The notes beneath the pieces were generated by a model, which had not been told where the DNA came from, did no database searches, and was given only the letters and a program-made list of their open reading frames with translations. Positions 1-10,368 of a stretch of DNA of 64,000 nt are shown here, in pieces. A program made the position numbers and the translations under genes. Source of the DNA: Desulfatiglandales bacterium (GTDB lineage: Bacteria > Desulfobacterota > DSM-4660 > Desulfatiglandales > Desulfatiglandaceae); assembly GCA_963666345.1 (NCBI GenBank), contig OY762721.1, forward strand, positions 1,088,001 to 1,152,000. The letters are read 5' to 3'. Each line of letters begins with the position of its first letter. The first letter of the stretch is position 1.

Positions 1-95
1 CTGAACATGCCCGGCAGAAAAAAGGTTATCTCCCGCCCGAAGTGTTTCCAGGAAAGCTCTCCTGCCCTGTCAATCTTTTCAATTATCTCTTTCAT
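1..95 (-). CDS. 5' part of a probable radical SAM protein (LipS1-like), runs off the window start
   Basis: Not in the ORF track. Reading from ATG at 95 gives MKEIIEKIDRAGELSWKHFGREITFFLPGMF with no stop, overlapping the stop of the preceding gene. The N-terminus resembles LipS1-type radical SAM proteins and the context is lipoate genes. The CxxxCxxC motif would lie outside the window. Confidence 0.5.
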   Translation of the reverse strand, partial: MKEIIEKIDRAGELSWKHFGREITFFLPGMF

Positions 96-1146
96 AGTAC
101 CGTTTATATGAAACCCAGCATTTCCTTATAATGCCGTCGAAATTCTCCCAGTTTTCCTCCATCAGATTTCTTCTGGAACATGCCCTTTCGAGGGTTTCCC
201 CGAAAAGATCGGACCATTCGTCTTCATACCCGCCAAGGGCCTCAATATCCTTTGAAATTACCGCCTCGGCTGCCCATTTCCCCGCCATTCGACCACCCAT
301 GACCGCCTGGGACACCCCCGCGCCTGTAATCGGATGCGTGTGCCCGGCCGCATCGCCGGCAAGGATTACGTTGCCCTTGCGGATCTTTCTGGGGCTTTCA
401 GCAGGTATCCAGCCTGCCATGGTCCTGAAAGATCCCTCCCTGACCTTACCCTCACGGGAAAGTCTCTGCAGAAATTTCTTCAAAACCTCCTGGATAGAAG
501 GACTCCGTTGATCCCTCTTTTTCATTCCGATTCCTATATTTGCCGTATCACCCTTCGGGAAAACCCATGCATATCCCGCGAAAAAGTCCTTTTCAATGTA
601 GATCTCGGTAAAATCCATCTGCCTGCTCAGGGGAACCGAGTATTGTATACCTGGTATCAGATTCCTGTTTTCAGACCCGATCCATCTGCCCACGGTGGAA
701 TGGGGTCCGTCGGCACCGATCACCACCTTGGCATTTACTGATATGTTATCTCCCGCCTTGGTCCTGAGTAAAATTCCTTCCCTGCCCCTCGAAAGGGCGG
801 AAGTGGAAAGAAAAATCCTTGCACCCGCCTTTTCCGCCGCCTCCGCGATGCATTGATCCAGGATGTCCCTGTTGACCATAAAGCCGGGAGCGATGGTCTC
901 CTTGTCTTCCTTTCCCGATATAAATGTCTTCATGCCCCTTACGGGCTGGACCACGAAACCACGGCCAAGGCCGATTTCCCCCAGCAACATGCCCGGGATA
1001 TATTCGGCACACCTGACCGGGATTCCCACGGTTTTCCGGCGTTCCGCAACCAGGACCTTAAGCCCCTTTTCAGCGGCGGCAATTGCAGCCGATGACCCGG
1101 CGGGCCCGGCACCCACGATCAGGATATCACATTCTTCTTGCTTCAT
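79..1146 (-). CDS. Geranylgeranyl reductase family FAD-dependent oxidoreductase (LipT-like by context)
   Basis: GAGPAG Rossmann motif, GADG, GYAWVFPKG, LAGDAAG...GAG. Confidence 0.85.
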   Translation of the reverse strand: MKQEECDILIVGAGPAGSSAAIAAAEKGLKVLVAERRKTVGIPVRCAEYIPGMLLGEIGLGRGFVVQPVRGMKTFISGKEDKETIAPGFMVNRDILDQCIAEAAEKAGARIFLSTSALSRGREGILLRTKAGDNISVNAKVVIGADGPHSTVGRWIGSENRNLIPGIQYSVPLSRQMDFTEIYIEKDFFAGYAWVFPKGDTANIGIGMKKRDQRSPSIQEVLKKFLQRLSREGKVREGSFRTMAGWIPAESPRKIRKGNVILAGDAAGHTHPITGAGVSQAVMGGRMAGKWAAEAVISKDIEALGGYEDEWSDLFGETLERACSRRNLMEENWENFDGIIRKCWVSYKRYYERDN

Positions 1147-1166
1147 TTGAAAAACCGTTCCGGATA

Positions 1167-2738
1167 TCAGCGACTCCTCCTGACATCTGTGTTGAGGACC
1201 GTGTTCAACAGATCAAGGTTGACTTCGGTCTGGCTCGAGAAGGTCCCGGCGTAGGCGTCTTTCGCCTGGTCAAGTTCGTAACAGGTGGTGCTGTCGATAT
1301 CCAGGAGTATTCCGGGCAGCCCTGCCTTTTCAAAGTCGTCTACATGTTTGGTAAAAAAGGGCTGACAGCAGCAGCCTATATAGGAGGTCACCCCTCTCGC
1401 CTTCATCTTGAGCAATTCCTCCCACAGGTCTTCAAAGCTGACTATGCAGACGGTCTTCATCTTCTTTTTCCTGCCCATCTCCCATGCGGTCCCTATGGTG
1501 CACTTACCACAGGCTCGGCACCCCTTTTTATATCGCAATTCGCAGGTCGTAAGTTTGGAACAGTAGGGAAGGAGAAGGAGCGACGGTTCATCCTTGAGGA
1601 TTTCCTCGAATGTCCCGTTCGTAACCGATATCTTGTTGCAGTGCTCTATGGGGATATCATATTCTGATATGGCAATTTTCTGAAGTATCTGATCCACAGG
1701 CTTTAGAAAATCCTCAAAACCCATTCCTGGTATGGTGATTAATTTATTTTCAAAATACTCCCTGATGATACCATGGATCAGACCTCTGTCGAGACGCAGC
1801 CCTCGAAGGGCCGATTCCATATCAAAGAGGGCCCTGCTTGGAAAGGACAGAAAATCACCTGTAATGAAAATGTCCTTGATCCTCTTCTGGGCCTTATTTA
1901 TCGCCATGGTGAACCTCACCAGGCCCGAGTCGGCCTTATAGGCGGACTGAACCACCTCTTTTTTCTGATACCTGGGATTGACATGGTAGATCCATTCACT
2001 TGATCTGTAATAGTCAAGCTTTTCCCTGAAAAGATCCTTTTCCGATTCCGCAAGCCCCCCCGGTTCGAGTGTGATACCAAGCTCCTTTTCAAAACCCCCG
2101 GCAACGGCATCCTTTATCTCAGACAAAGAGGGGGTATGACCCAGCTCCCAGTTGAGGCACGTGACCCTTTCCTTGACGGAATCTATCTCTTTTGCCTTCA
2201 GCTTTTCCACCGGTATTCGAAGGCTCCTGAGCATCGTATCCACGTCAAAATCAACAAGCATGGTCCCCTGAAAAAGAAAGGCGTCGTCGGAGTCGGTGCC
2301 GCCCGTACCTGATATCTTCCTTCCGTTAACCTCTATGTCGTTTCTGGGCCTGAAATCGGACTCCACCCCGAGGATCCTGAGCGCCTCTACAACGGGGGCG
2401 CAGAGCCGTTTGAACAGTCTCAGATTCGGAAGTTTCACGTCAAAGAATGACTTGGAGCTGATGACCTCCCATCCAAGTTGATTCTCATCAAAAAACAGGG
2501 CACCGCCCCCTGTATTCCGCCTGTTTATCTCAATGTTATTGGCCATGCAGTAATCTACACGGACCTCCTCCTCCACCGACTGATGATAACCCACAAGTAC
2601 GCATCGCGGCGAAAACTGCAGGAAATGAATAGTATCAGGGGTCTCCCCCTTTCCCTTTAATTCCACCAGGGTTTCGTCAAGGGCCATATTTTCAGCCGCC
2701 GTCATTGGCGGTGTATCAAGGAGTCTCCATACCGTCAT
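1167..2738 (-). CDS. Lipoate-protein ligase A fused to a Cys-rich DUF116-like C-terminal domain
   Basis: NMALDE, RRNTGGGA, RPRNDI..GRKISG ligase motifs; C-terminal PYC..C..CRACGKC..GCCCQPF..TTC. Confidence 0.85.
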   Translation of the reverse strand: MTVWRLLDTPPMTAAENMALDETLVELKGKGETPDTIHFLQFSPRCVLVGYHQSVEEEVRVDYCMANNIEINRRNTGGGALFFDENQLGWEVISSKSFFDVKLPNLRLFKRLCAPVVEALRILGVESDFRPRNDIEVNGRKISGTGGTDSDDAFLFQGTMLVDFDVDTMLRSLRIPVEKLKAKEIDSVKERVTCLNWELGHTPSLSEIKDAVAGGFEKELGITLEPGGLAESEKDLFREKLDYYRSSEWIYHVNPRYQKKEVVQSAYKADSGLVRFTMAINKAQKRIKDIFITGDFLSFPSRALFDMESALRGLRLDRGLIHGIIREYFENKLITIPGMGFEDFLKPVDQILQKIAISEYDIPIEHCNKISVTNGTFEEILKDEPSLLLLPYCSKLTTCELRYKKGCRACGKCTIGTAWEMGRKKKMKTVCIVSFEDLWEELLKMKARGVTSYIGCCCQPFFTKHVDDFEKAGLPGILLDIDSTTCYELDQAKDAYAGTFSSQTEVNLDLLNTVLNTDVRRSR

Positions 2739-3802
2739 TTTTTCTCTTTAACCCCGAGTACCTCCAGCCAGTCTCTGATCTCGATTCCGGGGGTCTCCAC
2801 CTTTCTTTCTCCGTAAAATCTCTCAAGTGCTTCTTGCATATCACTTAAGCGCAATCCTTCAATATAAGACTCAAGCTGGCTTATACCACTCTCCGGGAAA
2901 CAAAAAAAATCGCCTGAGATATGAATCCCCGAAAGCCTTCCATCCGACAGCTGCATTTCGGCCCTTATAAGTCCGCCCATGGCCTTATGCATCCTCCGGA
3001 TGACATTGGTGCCCGCCCTTATTTTTATGTCCCTGCCATCGGGATACCTTCTTCCCCTCTGAAAAAGCCATTCATCGGCAAGCATACGGGATCTCAGTTT
3101 ATCCATAGTCTCTCTTAGCTCATCATCAATTCCGCACGGCTCCATCCGCCCCAAAAGCCTTTCAAACGATTGCCTCATCAGCCGGTTGAGCCTGGGTTCG
3201 GGCCATTCCGATGCACACTCTCCGAGTTCCCGCCTGATAGTGGACAGATTTTCCTTAAGTGTCTTTTGCACCTTGTCTCGGAATTTTTCATCAGGCACCC
3301 TCAACACCCGGCACATCGTCTCATAGTCGAAATCGACTATAAGATTTCCCACAAAGACTATACATTCGCCTATCTCGGAGGCGCCCGTGCCAGATATTTT
3401 CCTGGTACCCGCGATTATGTCGTTTATCGGCCTGTATTCGGCAGGTATTCCTATAGTTCGGTACACCTCTATTGCCGGGGCGAGAAATTTCTTGTAAAAG
3501 GCCTCTTTGTTGGCCGGAACAAGGGGACTTTTTCTTTTCAGTATCAGCTGGAAAAAAAGCTGATTTCCGTCAAGGTAAACCGCGCCTCCCCCGAGATCAC
3601 GCCTGAAAACAGGGATGCCCCTTTCTCTGCAGAAATCAAGATCCACCTCCTGCTCCAGATCCTGGTGAAATCCTATGCAGACATAATGAGAAGAAGGGGA
3701 AACAAGACAAAGCGCCTCTCTTTCCAGTCCGGCAAGGGCGTGGTAAATCAGTTGAGATTCATCCCAGGGAACCTTTCCGAGATTGTAGAGTTTCATGCCC
3801 AT
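2735..3802 (-). CDS. Lipoate-protein ligase A (sLplAB-like)
   Basis: RRDLGGGAVYLD, PINDI..RKISGTG, C-terminal ISGDFF domain. Confidence 0.85.
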   Translation of the reverse strand: MGMKLYNLGKVPWDESQLIYHALAGLEREALCLVSPSSHYVCIGFHQDLEQEVDLDFCRERGIPVFRRDLGGGAVYLDGNQLFFQLILKRKSPLVPANKEAFYKKFLAPAIEVYRTIGIPAEYRPINDIIAGTRKISGTGASEIGECIVFVGNLIVDFDYETMCRVLRVPDEKFRDKVQKTLKENLSTIRRELGECASEWPEPRLNRLMRQSFERLLGRMEPCGIDDELRETMDKLRSRMLADEWLFQRGRRYPDGRDIKIRAGTNVIRRMHKAMGGLIRAEMQLSDGRLSGIHISGDFFCFPESGISQLESYIEGLRLSDMQEALERFYGERKVETPGIEIRDWLEVLGVKEKK

Positions 3803-4126
3803 TTTCGTCCGACCTGACCTTCAGAAACAGATTTTCTATTATTAAACCAGAATTCGTCAAAAATACCGTTTGCCGGAAACCAGGCGCTTAAATCACATCT
3901 GTCGGTAATGTCTATAAAAAAACAAGGTACGGACAACACTGTTACCGGAACCCGGATGCTGTCCATACCTTGTTCTCTGTAATGATAATCAAATTTCTCC
4001 CGCCTCCGCCCAAATGGCGGAAGCACACCGCTTTGTTGACAAATGCGGAGGGGATGTATTCCGTCGAAACCACAGGATACTTCCAGGGCCGAATAATAAG
4101 ACCCGATTTTGCCGATAAACTTATAT

Positions 4127-5311
4127 CTAGTCTTTAAGGGCCTTTCTTACCAGCTGAGTTATATCCAAGACCTGAAGGGGAATCTTGTTCCTCCTTACAT
4201 ATGTCGCCATGGTCCTTACGCACTGCTGGCAAGAGGTTATAACCGCATCCGCCCCGGTGCTCAGCACCTCTTCTATCTTTCTTTTTCCCACTTCCGAGGA
4301 AAGACCCGCATCAATCATCTCGAGGTTACCTCCCCCTCCGCAACACTGGGAATTCTCCCTGTTATGCGGCAGTTCCACGAACTTGACACCGGGGATGGAG
4401 CCGATGACCTCTCTTGGTTCATCAAAAACCCTTGCCCCCCTTCCGAGATCACAGGGATCGTGATAGGTCACCGTCATGGAAAGCTCCTTCAGAGGAACCC
4501 TTCCTTCCTTCATCAATTTAAGAAGGTACTGGGTGGCATGAAACAGTTTGAACTCGGAAGGGTAGTACTCCCTCCACATCTGGTAGCAGGAGGGACAGGC
4601 AAAGAGTATTTCCCTTGCTCCTCTTTCCCTTACCGCCTCTACATTGTGGTCTACAAACTGCTTGAACATGTCCATGAGGCCCGCTCCCAGAAGCGGGAAG
4701 CCGCAGCACCATTCATCCTCACCCATAAGGGTCCATTCGACTTCACTGGCATCCAGTATCTCTGCAAGGGCTATCGGAATTTTCTGTACAAGCGGAAAAT
4801 ACGCGGAAGTACAACCGGTAAAATAGACGAGTTCCGCCTTGTCCCTGATATAACTGTCATCAGGTGGATCATCCATATCTTCGACCCAGTCGGCCCGTTC
4901 CTCGTTATCCTCATTAAATACGTTATAGCTCTTTTCCAGATTATCCCTGATCATGTCTATCTTATTGGGATAATTGTCGCTGTGAACAAGGTCCTGACGG
5001 AGTGAAAGCCACAGCTCTTTAAGAGGAATTCCCACCGGACAGATTTCCTGACAGTTTCCGCAAAGAGTGCACTTGAAAACAGTGTCGCTGAAATGCTTGG
5101 CCTGCTCCGGAGTCTCAGGCCTTGCCCCCAAAAGCCTTCCAAAGACGGTCCGTTGTTTCAGAAGCTGCCTTAGGCCGCCGATACGGAAGACAGCGGAAAG
5201 CTCACCATCTTCAGATGCGGATACCACAGGGCACACATCCGCGCACATCTGGCAGTTGGTGCAGGCCCCCATAGAAAGGAGCTGAGTTACACTGTAGTCC
5301 TTGATGCCCAT
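4127..5311 (-). CDS. HdrD/GlpC-like Fe-S oxidoreductase (2x[4Fe-4S] plus two CCG domains)
   Basis: CTNCQMCADVCP, CTLCGNCQEICP; FTGC..CCG..CPSC and YHDPC..CCGGG..SCQQC. Confidence 0.9.
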   Translation of the reverse strand: MGIKDYSVTQLLSMGACTNCQMCADVCPVVSASEDGELSAVFRIGGLRQLLKQRTVFGRLLGARPETPEQAKHFSDTVFKCTLCGNCQEICPVGIPLKELWLSLRQDLVHSDNYPNKIDMIRDNLEKSYNVFNEDNEERADWVEDMDDPPDDSYIRDKAELVYFTGCTSAYFPLVQKIPIALAEILDASEVEWTLMGEDEWCCGFPLLGAGLMDMFKQFVDHNVEAVRERGAREILFACPSCYQMWREYYPSEFKLFHATQYLLKLMKEGRVPLKELSMTVTYHDPCDLGRGARVFDEPREVIGSIPGVKFVELPHNRENSQCCGGGGNLEMIDAGLSSEVGKRKIEEVLSTGADAVITSCQQCVRTMATYVRRNKIPLQVLDITQLVRKALKD

Positions 5312-5312
5312 A

Positions 5313-5735
5313 TTATTCCTGCGCGTATTTCTCTAGATCCGCCGCAATCCACTTTTCGATAGCTTCAGCACCCTTGATGAGGTCTCCAAGTTCGGCCTTG
5401 TCGTCAGGTTTTACCTTGTACATCCAGCCTTCACCGTAACAGTCCTCGTTGATAAGACCGGGATTGATTTCAAGATCCTCATTTACTTCAACGAGTTCTC
5501 CGTTCACAGGGGCAAATGCCTTTCCCAGCCACTTGCCGGACTCCAGTTTCGCGAACTTCTTTCCCTTTTTGAGTCTCTTACCCTCGTCAGGCAGCTGTAC
5601 ATAAACTATATCTCCGGCCATTCTCTGGGCGAAATCATCCATTCCGAGTACGAGCAGATCCCCCTCTTCCCTGACCCAGAGATGATTTTCCTCATAGTAC
5701 AGATCTTCCGGCATATTGTATCCTTGTACTTCCAT
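5313..5735 (-). CDS. Glycine cleavage H-like lipoyl carrier protein (LbpA-like)
   Basis: HLWV..G..DFAQ..GDIVYV; lipoyl-Lys in ESGKW; APVNGE..VNE..P..INED.YGEGW. Confidence 0.9.
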   Translation of the reverse strand: MEVQGYNMPEDLYYEENHLWVREEGDLLVLGMDDFAQRMAGDIVYVQLPDEGKRLKKGKKFAKLESGKWLGKAFAPVNGELVEVNEDLEINPGLINEDCYGEGWMYKVKPDDKAELGDLIKGAEAIEKWIAADLEKYAQE

Positions 5736-5834
5736 TGTTGATCCTCCTCTTACATTTTTTTGATTAGGCAGTCATGATTCAAGAGCCATTATGCTGCCGT
5801 CATTATCCCGCCTCTCGGATTACCCGATCAAAGA

Positions 5835-6935
5835 TCAGTCCTCCTCACGCAGCAGGTTTATAAACTCTGTCGTTGTATATATCTTGAGCTTCTGTTTTCT
5901 CAGTTTAGCATTCGCAAGGTTATGCACGCAGGAGTTACATTCGGTAAGAAGGACCTCCGCCCCTGCCTCCTCGGCCTCCTCAAGCCTTCGCCTTGCCATT
6001 GCGATAGAGTTTGCCGCATAGGCTCCTCTTACACCACCTCCCGCCCCGCAGCAAAGGGCCTTTTCATGGTGATGTCTCATCTCCACGAAATTGGGGGCTA
6101 TCTTTCGTATCGTATCACGCGGCTCTTCATAGATACCGCAATGCCTTCCAAGATCGCAAGGATCATGGTAGGTCACTTTCTTATCGGTCTTGAATCCGAT
6201 ATCGATATCCTTCAGGAACTGGGAAAGATGAATGCATTTCACTCCCTTTTCCTTAAGTTCCGCATATTGTTTCTTGTTGTTGAATGTACGGGAACAATAC
6301 GGACAACCGGTTATGACGGTCTTTGCCCCGGTTGCCATTATAAGATCTATATTCGTCCTTACATGCTTCTCATTTATGGGATGCCCCACATCCTCGAGCA
6401 CACCGCTGCAGCAGACCTCATCTATAAGAGTGTAATCCACCTCAAGATAATCAAGGAGATCGAGTGTTGCCGTTGTCCTCTCGTCCTCTCTGTAGGAGCC
6501 TACGCATCCTATGAAAAAAACATATTCCGCTTTTCCGTTTCGCTCTCTCTCAAAATCTTCAGGTTCGTCCTCGGCATATATATTATCGTGCTCCTTAAGC
6601 ACCTTGTTCATTCCTGTAAATGCAGGATGACATGACCCTATATGCACCATGTCTTTTCTGGCCTGCTTTATAATCTCAGGCACTTCCACCCCTGATGGAC
6701 AGTTTTCGGCACAGGCCCCGCATGTTGTGCACTGAAAAAGGGTTTCAATCAGCTCGTCGTTCAGATCAAGAGTGCCGTCCATTACCTCCTTGAGAAGCAG
6801 CATCTTTCCCCTTGCGTTGTAGGCGGGCCTGAGAGTAGCCCCGAATACCGGACATACCGACTGGCAGAAGCCGCATCTTGAACATTGGAGTACCTGATCG
6901 CGAAATTTTCTTTCAAAATCATATTTGGCTTCCAT
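5835..6935 (-). CDS. GlcF-like Fe-S oxidoreductase subunit
   Basis: CSRCGFCQSVCP, CTTCGACAENCP, two CCG-type domains; start placed at MEAKY after GAGGG. Confidence 0.85.
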   Translation of the reverse strand: MEAKYDFERKFRDQVLQCSRCGFCQSVCPVFGATLRPAYNARGKMLLLKEVMDGTLDLNDELIETLFQCTTCGACAENCPSGVEVPEIIKQARKDMVHIGSCHPAFTGMNKVLKEHDNIYAEDEPEDFERERNGKAEYVFFIGCVGSYREDERTTATLDLLDYLEVDYTLIDEVCCSGVLEDVGHPINEKHVRTNIDLIMATGAKTVITGCPYCSRTFNNKKQYAELKEKGVKCIHLSQFLKDIDIGFKTDKKVTYHDPCDLGRHCGIYEEPRDTIRKIAPNFVEMRHHHEKALCCGAGGGVRGAYAANSIAMARRRLEEAEEAGAEVLLTECNSCVHNLANAKLRKQKLKIYTTTEFINLLREED

Positions 6936-6936
6936 G

Positions 6937-8319
6937 TTATCCCTCATCAAGCGCCATTTTCCCTGGATTAAGAATATTTTTGGGGTCAACCATCCTCTTG
7001 ATACTTCGCATTACATCCATGGCCACATCGTCATGTTCCCAGCACATGTAGCGTGCCTTCTGCATTCCTATGCCATGCTCTCCGGTCAGCGTGCCGCCCA
7101 GCTCAATCGCCATTCTGAAAAGATCATCGCTGGCAGCCCTTTTGGCCTTTACCTGATCCTGGTCATATCCGTCGTATACAAACTGTGGGTGAAGGTTTCC
7201 ATCCCCTGCGTGACCATATGTTGCTATCATTATGTTATGTTTTTTGGAGATCTCCTGTATGCCCTTCAATGCTTCGGCCAGTCTGCTCATAGGAACCGTG
7301 ACATCCTCAAGCACCTGGTGGGTCTTGAGCCTGGCAAGGACCGCGTAAGCCGACTTTCTGGCCGCCCACAGACCGGCTGCCTCATCCTTGGACTGGGCCT
7401 GTTTAATCTCTTTGGCGTTGTTGGCCTTGAAGACCTCCAGGACCTTTGACATCTGATAATCGGTTTCTTCCTGGGTATAACCGTCGGTCTCCGAAAGCAG
7501 AATGGCATCAACCTCCGGAAGGTTCAGGTCCGTGTTCTGGTTTATGGCCATTATGGCCTCTTTTCCAAGGATCTCAAGAACCGCGGGCAGGATGCCGCTG
7601 TGCATAACCTGGCTTACCGCCCTTCCGGCATCCTCCACATCATCGAAGGTACCGAGCGCGGTAGTGGAAGCGGTCGTCATCGGATTTATCTTAAGCGTAA
7701 TTTCCGTGACAACGCCAAGGGTACCTTCAGAGCCTACAAAGAGTTTAGTGAGGTCGTAGCCGGACACACTCTTGATGCACTGAGATCCTGTCTTCATGAT
7801 TCGTCCGTCAGGAAGGACAACCTGAAGGCCGAGCACATAATCCCTTGTTGTGCCGTATTTGGCCCCCCTTACCCCTCCCGCGTTGGTGGCGACATTTCCG
7901 CCCAGGGTACAAACCTGACTGCTTGCGGGATCAGGGGGGAAAAAGAACCCGTAGGGTGCTATCGCCCTTGCCAGATCGTCATATACCACACCAGGTTCAA
8001 CCACGACCAGACGATCTTCTATGCTTATCTTCTTGATCCTGTTCATGTGATTGAGATCAAGAACGATTCCTCCCTTAAGCGGTATGGCCATACCGGTAAG
8101 GCCAGTCGCCCCCCCCCTCGGTATTACGGGCATCTCTTCCTTGTTGGCCAGCTTCAGGATCTCCGAGACATGCTCGACCGTCTGGGGCCACACACCACAG
8201 GAAGGCCTGTGAGTGTATTCGCTTGCATCGTAAGAATAGGAGACCATATCTATCAGGCTGTCATTGTAGTTCTTCTCCCCTACAATCTCAATCAAGGCCT
8301 TTTTTAGTCTGTCTTCCAA
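6937..8319 (-). CDS. GlcD-like FAD-linked 2-hydroxy-acid oxidoreductase
   Basis: PRGGATGL, PPDPASS, GGNVATNAGG, GYDL..LFVGSEGTLG, GHAGDGNLH, GEHGIG, NPGK; TTG start after AAGGAGG. Confidence 0.9.
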   Translation of the reverse strand: MEDRLKKALIEIVGEKNYNDSLIDMVSYSYDASEYTHRPSCGVWPQTVEHVSEILKLANKEEMPVIPRGGATGLTGMAIPLKGGIVLDLNHMNRIKKISIEDRLVVVEPGVVYDDLARAIAPYGFFFPPDPASSQVCTLGGNVATNAGGVRGAKYGTTRDYVLGLQVVLPDGRIMKTGSQCIKSVSGYDLTKLFVGSEGTLGVVTEITLKINPMTTASTTALGTFDDVEDAGRAVSQVMHSGILPAVLEILGKEAIMAINQNTDLNLPEVDAILLSETDGYTQEETDYQMSKVLEVFKANNAKEIKQAQSKDEAAGLWAARKSAYAVLARLKTHQVLEDVTVPMSRLAEALKGIQEISKKHNIMIATYGHAGDGNLHPQFVYDGYDQDQVKAKRAASDDLFRMAIELGGTLTGEHGIGMQKARYMCWEHDDVAMDVMRSIKRMVDPKNILNPGKMALDEG

Positions 8320-8376
8320 GGTTTACCTCCTTAAACGTCCCCTGCAGAATGTAAACGGCAGAGGGTCAGCCCTTTA

Positions 8377-10200
8377 TCAGTCGTGATGATCCTCATTTGC
8401 CGCCGCACGCATAGAGAGCATGACAGGCCCCAAAATTATGTGAAACAGGCGACTGAAGGGCAGGTATGCAACAAATATCCCGGTAAGTATCGCATGCAGA
8501 TACCATATGAAGCCGTATATACCTGTCAACCATGTTCCGGAAAATACAAGGCTGATAATATAGCCTAAAAATGCATAGCCTGAGTTGTCCGGCCGGCCTG
8601 TCATGGCGATTCTTATTCCTTCCAGTATGAAGCCTACGACAACAATCCCTCCTATGAGACACAGTGCCAGTCTGTCCTGCCTGGGAAGGCCCCGAGCAGG
8701 ATTTACCTGTCTGAAAAGGCCGCGCACAAAGGCGGAGATTATCCCGGCAATTATCATCAGCCCGGTCAAATCATATAGGAATGCGGTAAGCGGATGGTTC
8801 TTGTATACCATATCCCAGATAAATGATGATTCCGAAGGATGCCATAGAGATCCCAGAAGGGCGAAAAGCCCCCAGAAAAACCTGAACACAAAGGGCAGGA
8901 AAATCAGGCTGTGTATCAACCAGCGTGTCGGAGACTGAAGATAGAGCCTCCTCTGGAGCAGCACATCAAAGAAGAGAGTCTTAATGATCTCCCCGATCTT
9001 TTTTGAAAAGATCGCACCAAACGCGCTTCCGAGAAGAACTCCCAGTTTGGAAAACGGCCCCAACCCCTCTTTGCCTTGAATGGAACCGGAAAGGAGCACT
9101 GAGAAAAACGCCGCCACACCGAATAAAAATACCAGAAGAGAAAGTATCGTAACAGTATCACCCGCGGAAAAGGTGGCGATATGGCAGGGCATGCACAAGA
9201 CCCCTTTTGCCGGCAGCACCATGGCTGCCGCACCCAGGGTATTGCCCGAACTGTGGCATCTTTTGCAGGAGTCATCGTCTTCAAATTCAATCATCTCATG
9301 AATAGAAAGTTTCGAACCGGTTGATGCAGGCCTTTCCCACACTATACGATTTGTTTTTTCATCCTTGACAGGAGTCACCCCTTTGAGATGGCATGCCTCG
9401 CAGGATACCCCGACATGCGCGTCATGGGCCATCTTTTCATCATGAGGATTATGGCAGCGGGTGCAGTCTCCCGGTTTCTGTTCATGGTGATAGTATTGAG
9501 CGGCATTGGGGTGACAGGTCGTGCAGGCCATTGAGGCGTGAGGCGTTTTTTCGTAATCCTTGAGATCTATAAGAGGAAGCGCCTTTGAGGTTATCTTCTG
9601 CGCCTCCTTTTCTCCCTCGCCGTGGCAGTTGGTACAGAGAGAGACGACCTGTTTTTTGCCCTCCGCAGTAACATGGTCGACCTCTCGGTGGCATGTCATG
9701 CAGGCCTCATCGTCTTCAGAAAGCACCGGGAGTTTCGATCGCTCTTCGTGGCAGGCCCCGCACTGGAGGTGACGCGGCCTGGACGGGTCGAATTCGCCCG
9801 CTGCGTTTTCATCCCGACTCTGAAGGTAGTGGGGCTTGTGACAACGTATGCAGAGGCCGTACTTTTCCTTATCCTTTACCTGTCTTGAGCCATGGGTACC
9901 CGATTCAAGGTCATCCATTATATAGTCATGACAATCCAGACATTGTTGGGCTTCGAAAAAATCGACCTTGCCCTTTTTTACATTCGAGGGATCAGGGTGA
10001 ACGGATTCATCCGAGATGGCATAATGACATTCCTGGCAACCTATCTGGCCATGTGCGGAACTGTGGAATCTGGCTTCATCAAGCACCCAGGAGGCTTCGG
10101 CACCCATAGTCGTAATGAAGACCAACCCGGCAACAATCGCTCCTATTGCACCTCTTTTCATAGCTGACTTTAAAATCCTCATAGTTAATCGAAAAAGCAT
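8377..10200 (-). CDS. Multiheme cytochrome c (11 CxxCH) fused to a NarI/TmcC-like cytochrome b membrane domain
   Basis: Signal-peptide-like N-terminus ending AEA; 11 CxxCH motifs counted; C-terminal hydrophobic helices with WLIH, GFILEGIR, YLH, PFSRLFH. Exact start uncertain. Confidence 0.85.
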   Translation of the reverse strand: MLFRLTMRILKSAMKRGAIGAIVAGLVFITTMGAEASWVLDEARFHSSAHGQIGCQECHYAISDESVHPDPSNVKKGKVDFFEAQQCLDCHDYIMDDLESGTHGSRQVKDKEKYGLCIRCHKPHYLQSRDENAAGEFDPSRPRHLQCGACHEERSKLPVLSEDDEACMTCHREVDHVTAEGKKQVVSLCTNCHGEGEKEAQKITSKALPLIDLKDYEKTPHASMACTTCHPNAAQYYHHEQKPGDCTRCHNPHDEKMAHDAHVGVSCEACHLKGVTPVKDEKTNRIVWERPASTGSKLSIHEMIEFEDDDSCKRCHSSGNTLGAAAMVLPAKGVLCMPCHIATFSAGDTVTILSLLVFLFGVAAFFSVLLSGSIQGKEGLGPFSKLGVLLGSAFGAIFSKKIGEIIKTLFFDVLLQRRLYLQSPTRWLIHSLIFLPFVFRFFWGLFALLGSLWHPSESSFIWDMVYKNHPLTAFLYDLTGLMIIAGIISAFVRGLFRQVNPARGLPRQDRLALCLIGGIVVVGFILEGIRIAMTGRPDNSGYAFLGYIISLVFSGTWLTGIYGFIWYLHAILTGIFVAYLPFSRLFHIILGPVMLSMRAAANEDHHD

Positions 10201-10368
10201 ATCTTAATCACGATGTTACGGTGGAAAATCATTACAGGAATAGTCACTTCATCTAAAGAGATCAGTCAATAGCAGATAGCAAATGAGGTGTCAAGAAGCA
10301 AAAGAGCATGCTTAATCCTCACTTTTCAAAATGAAAGCGGGCAATAAGAGCCCATCCCAAGTTTTGTA

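Noticed and set aside
3803..4126. 77-aa ORF or RNA in the gap inside the lipoate operon
   Set aside because: No recognisable protein motif or RNA family; only a short hairpin.
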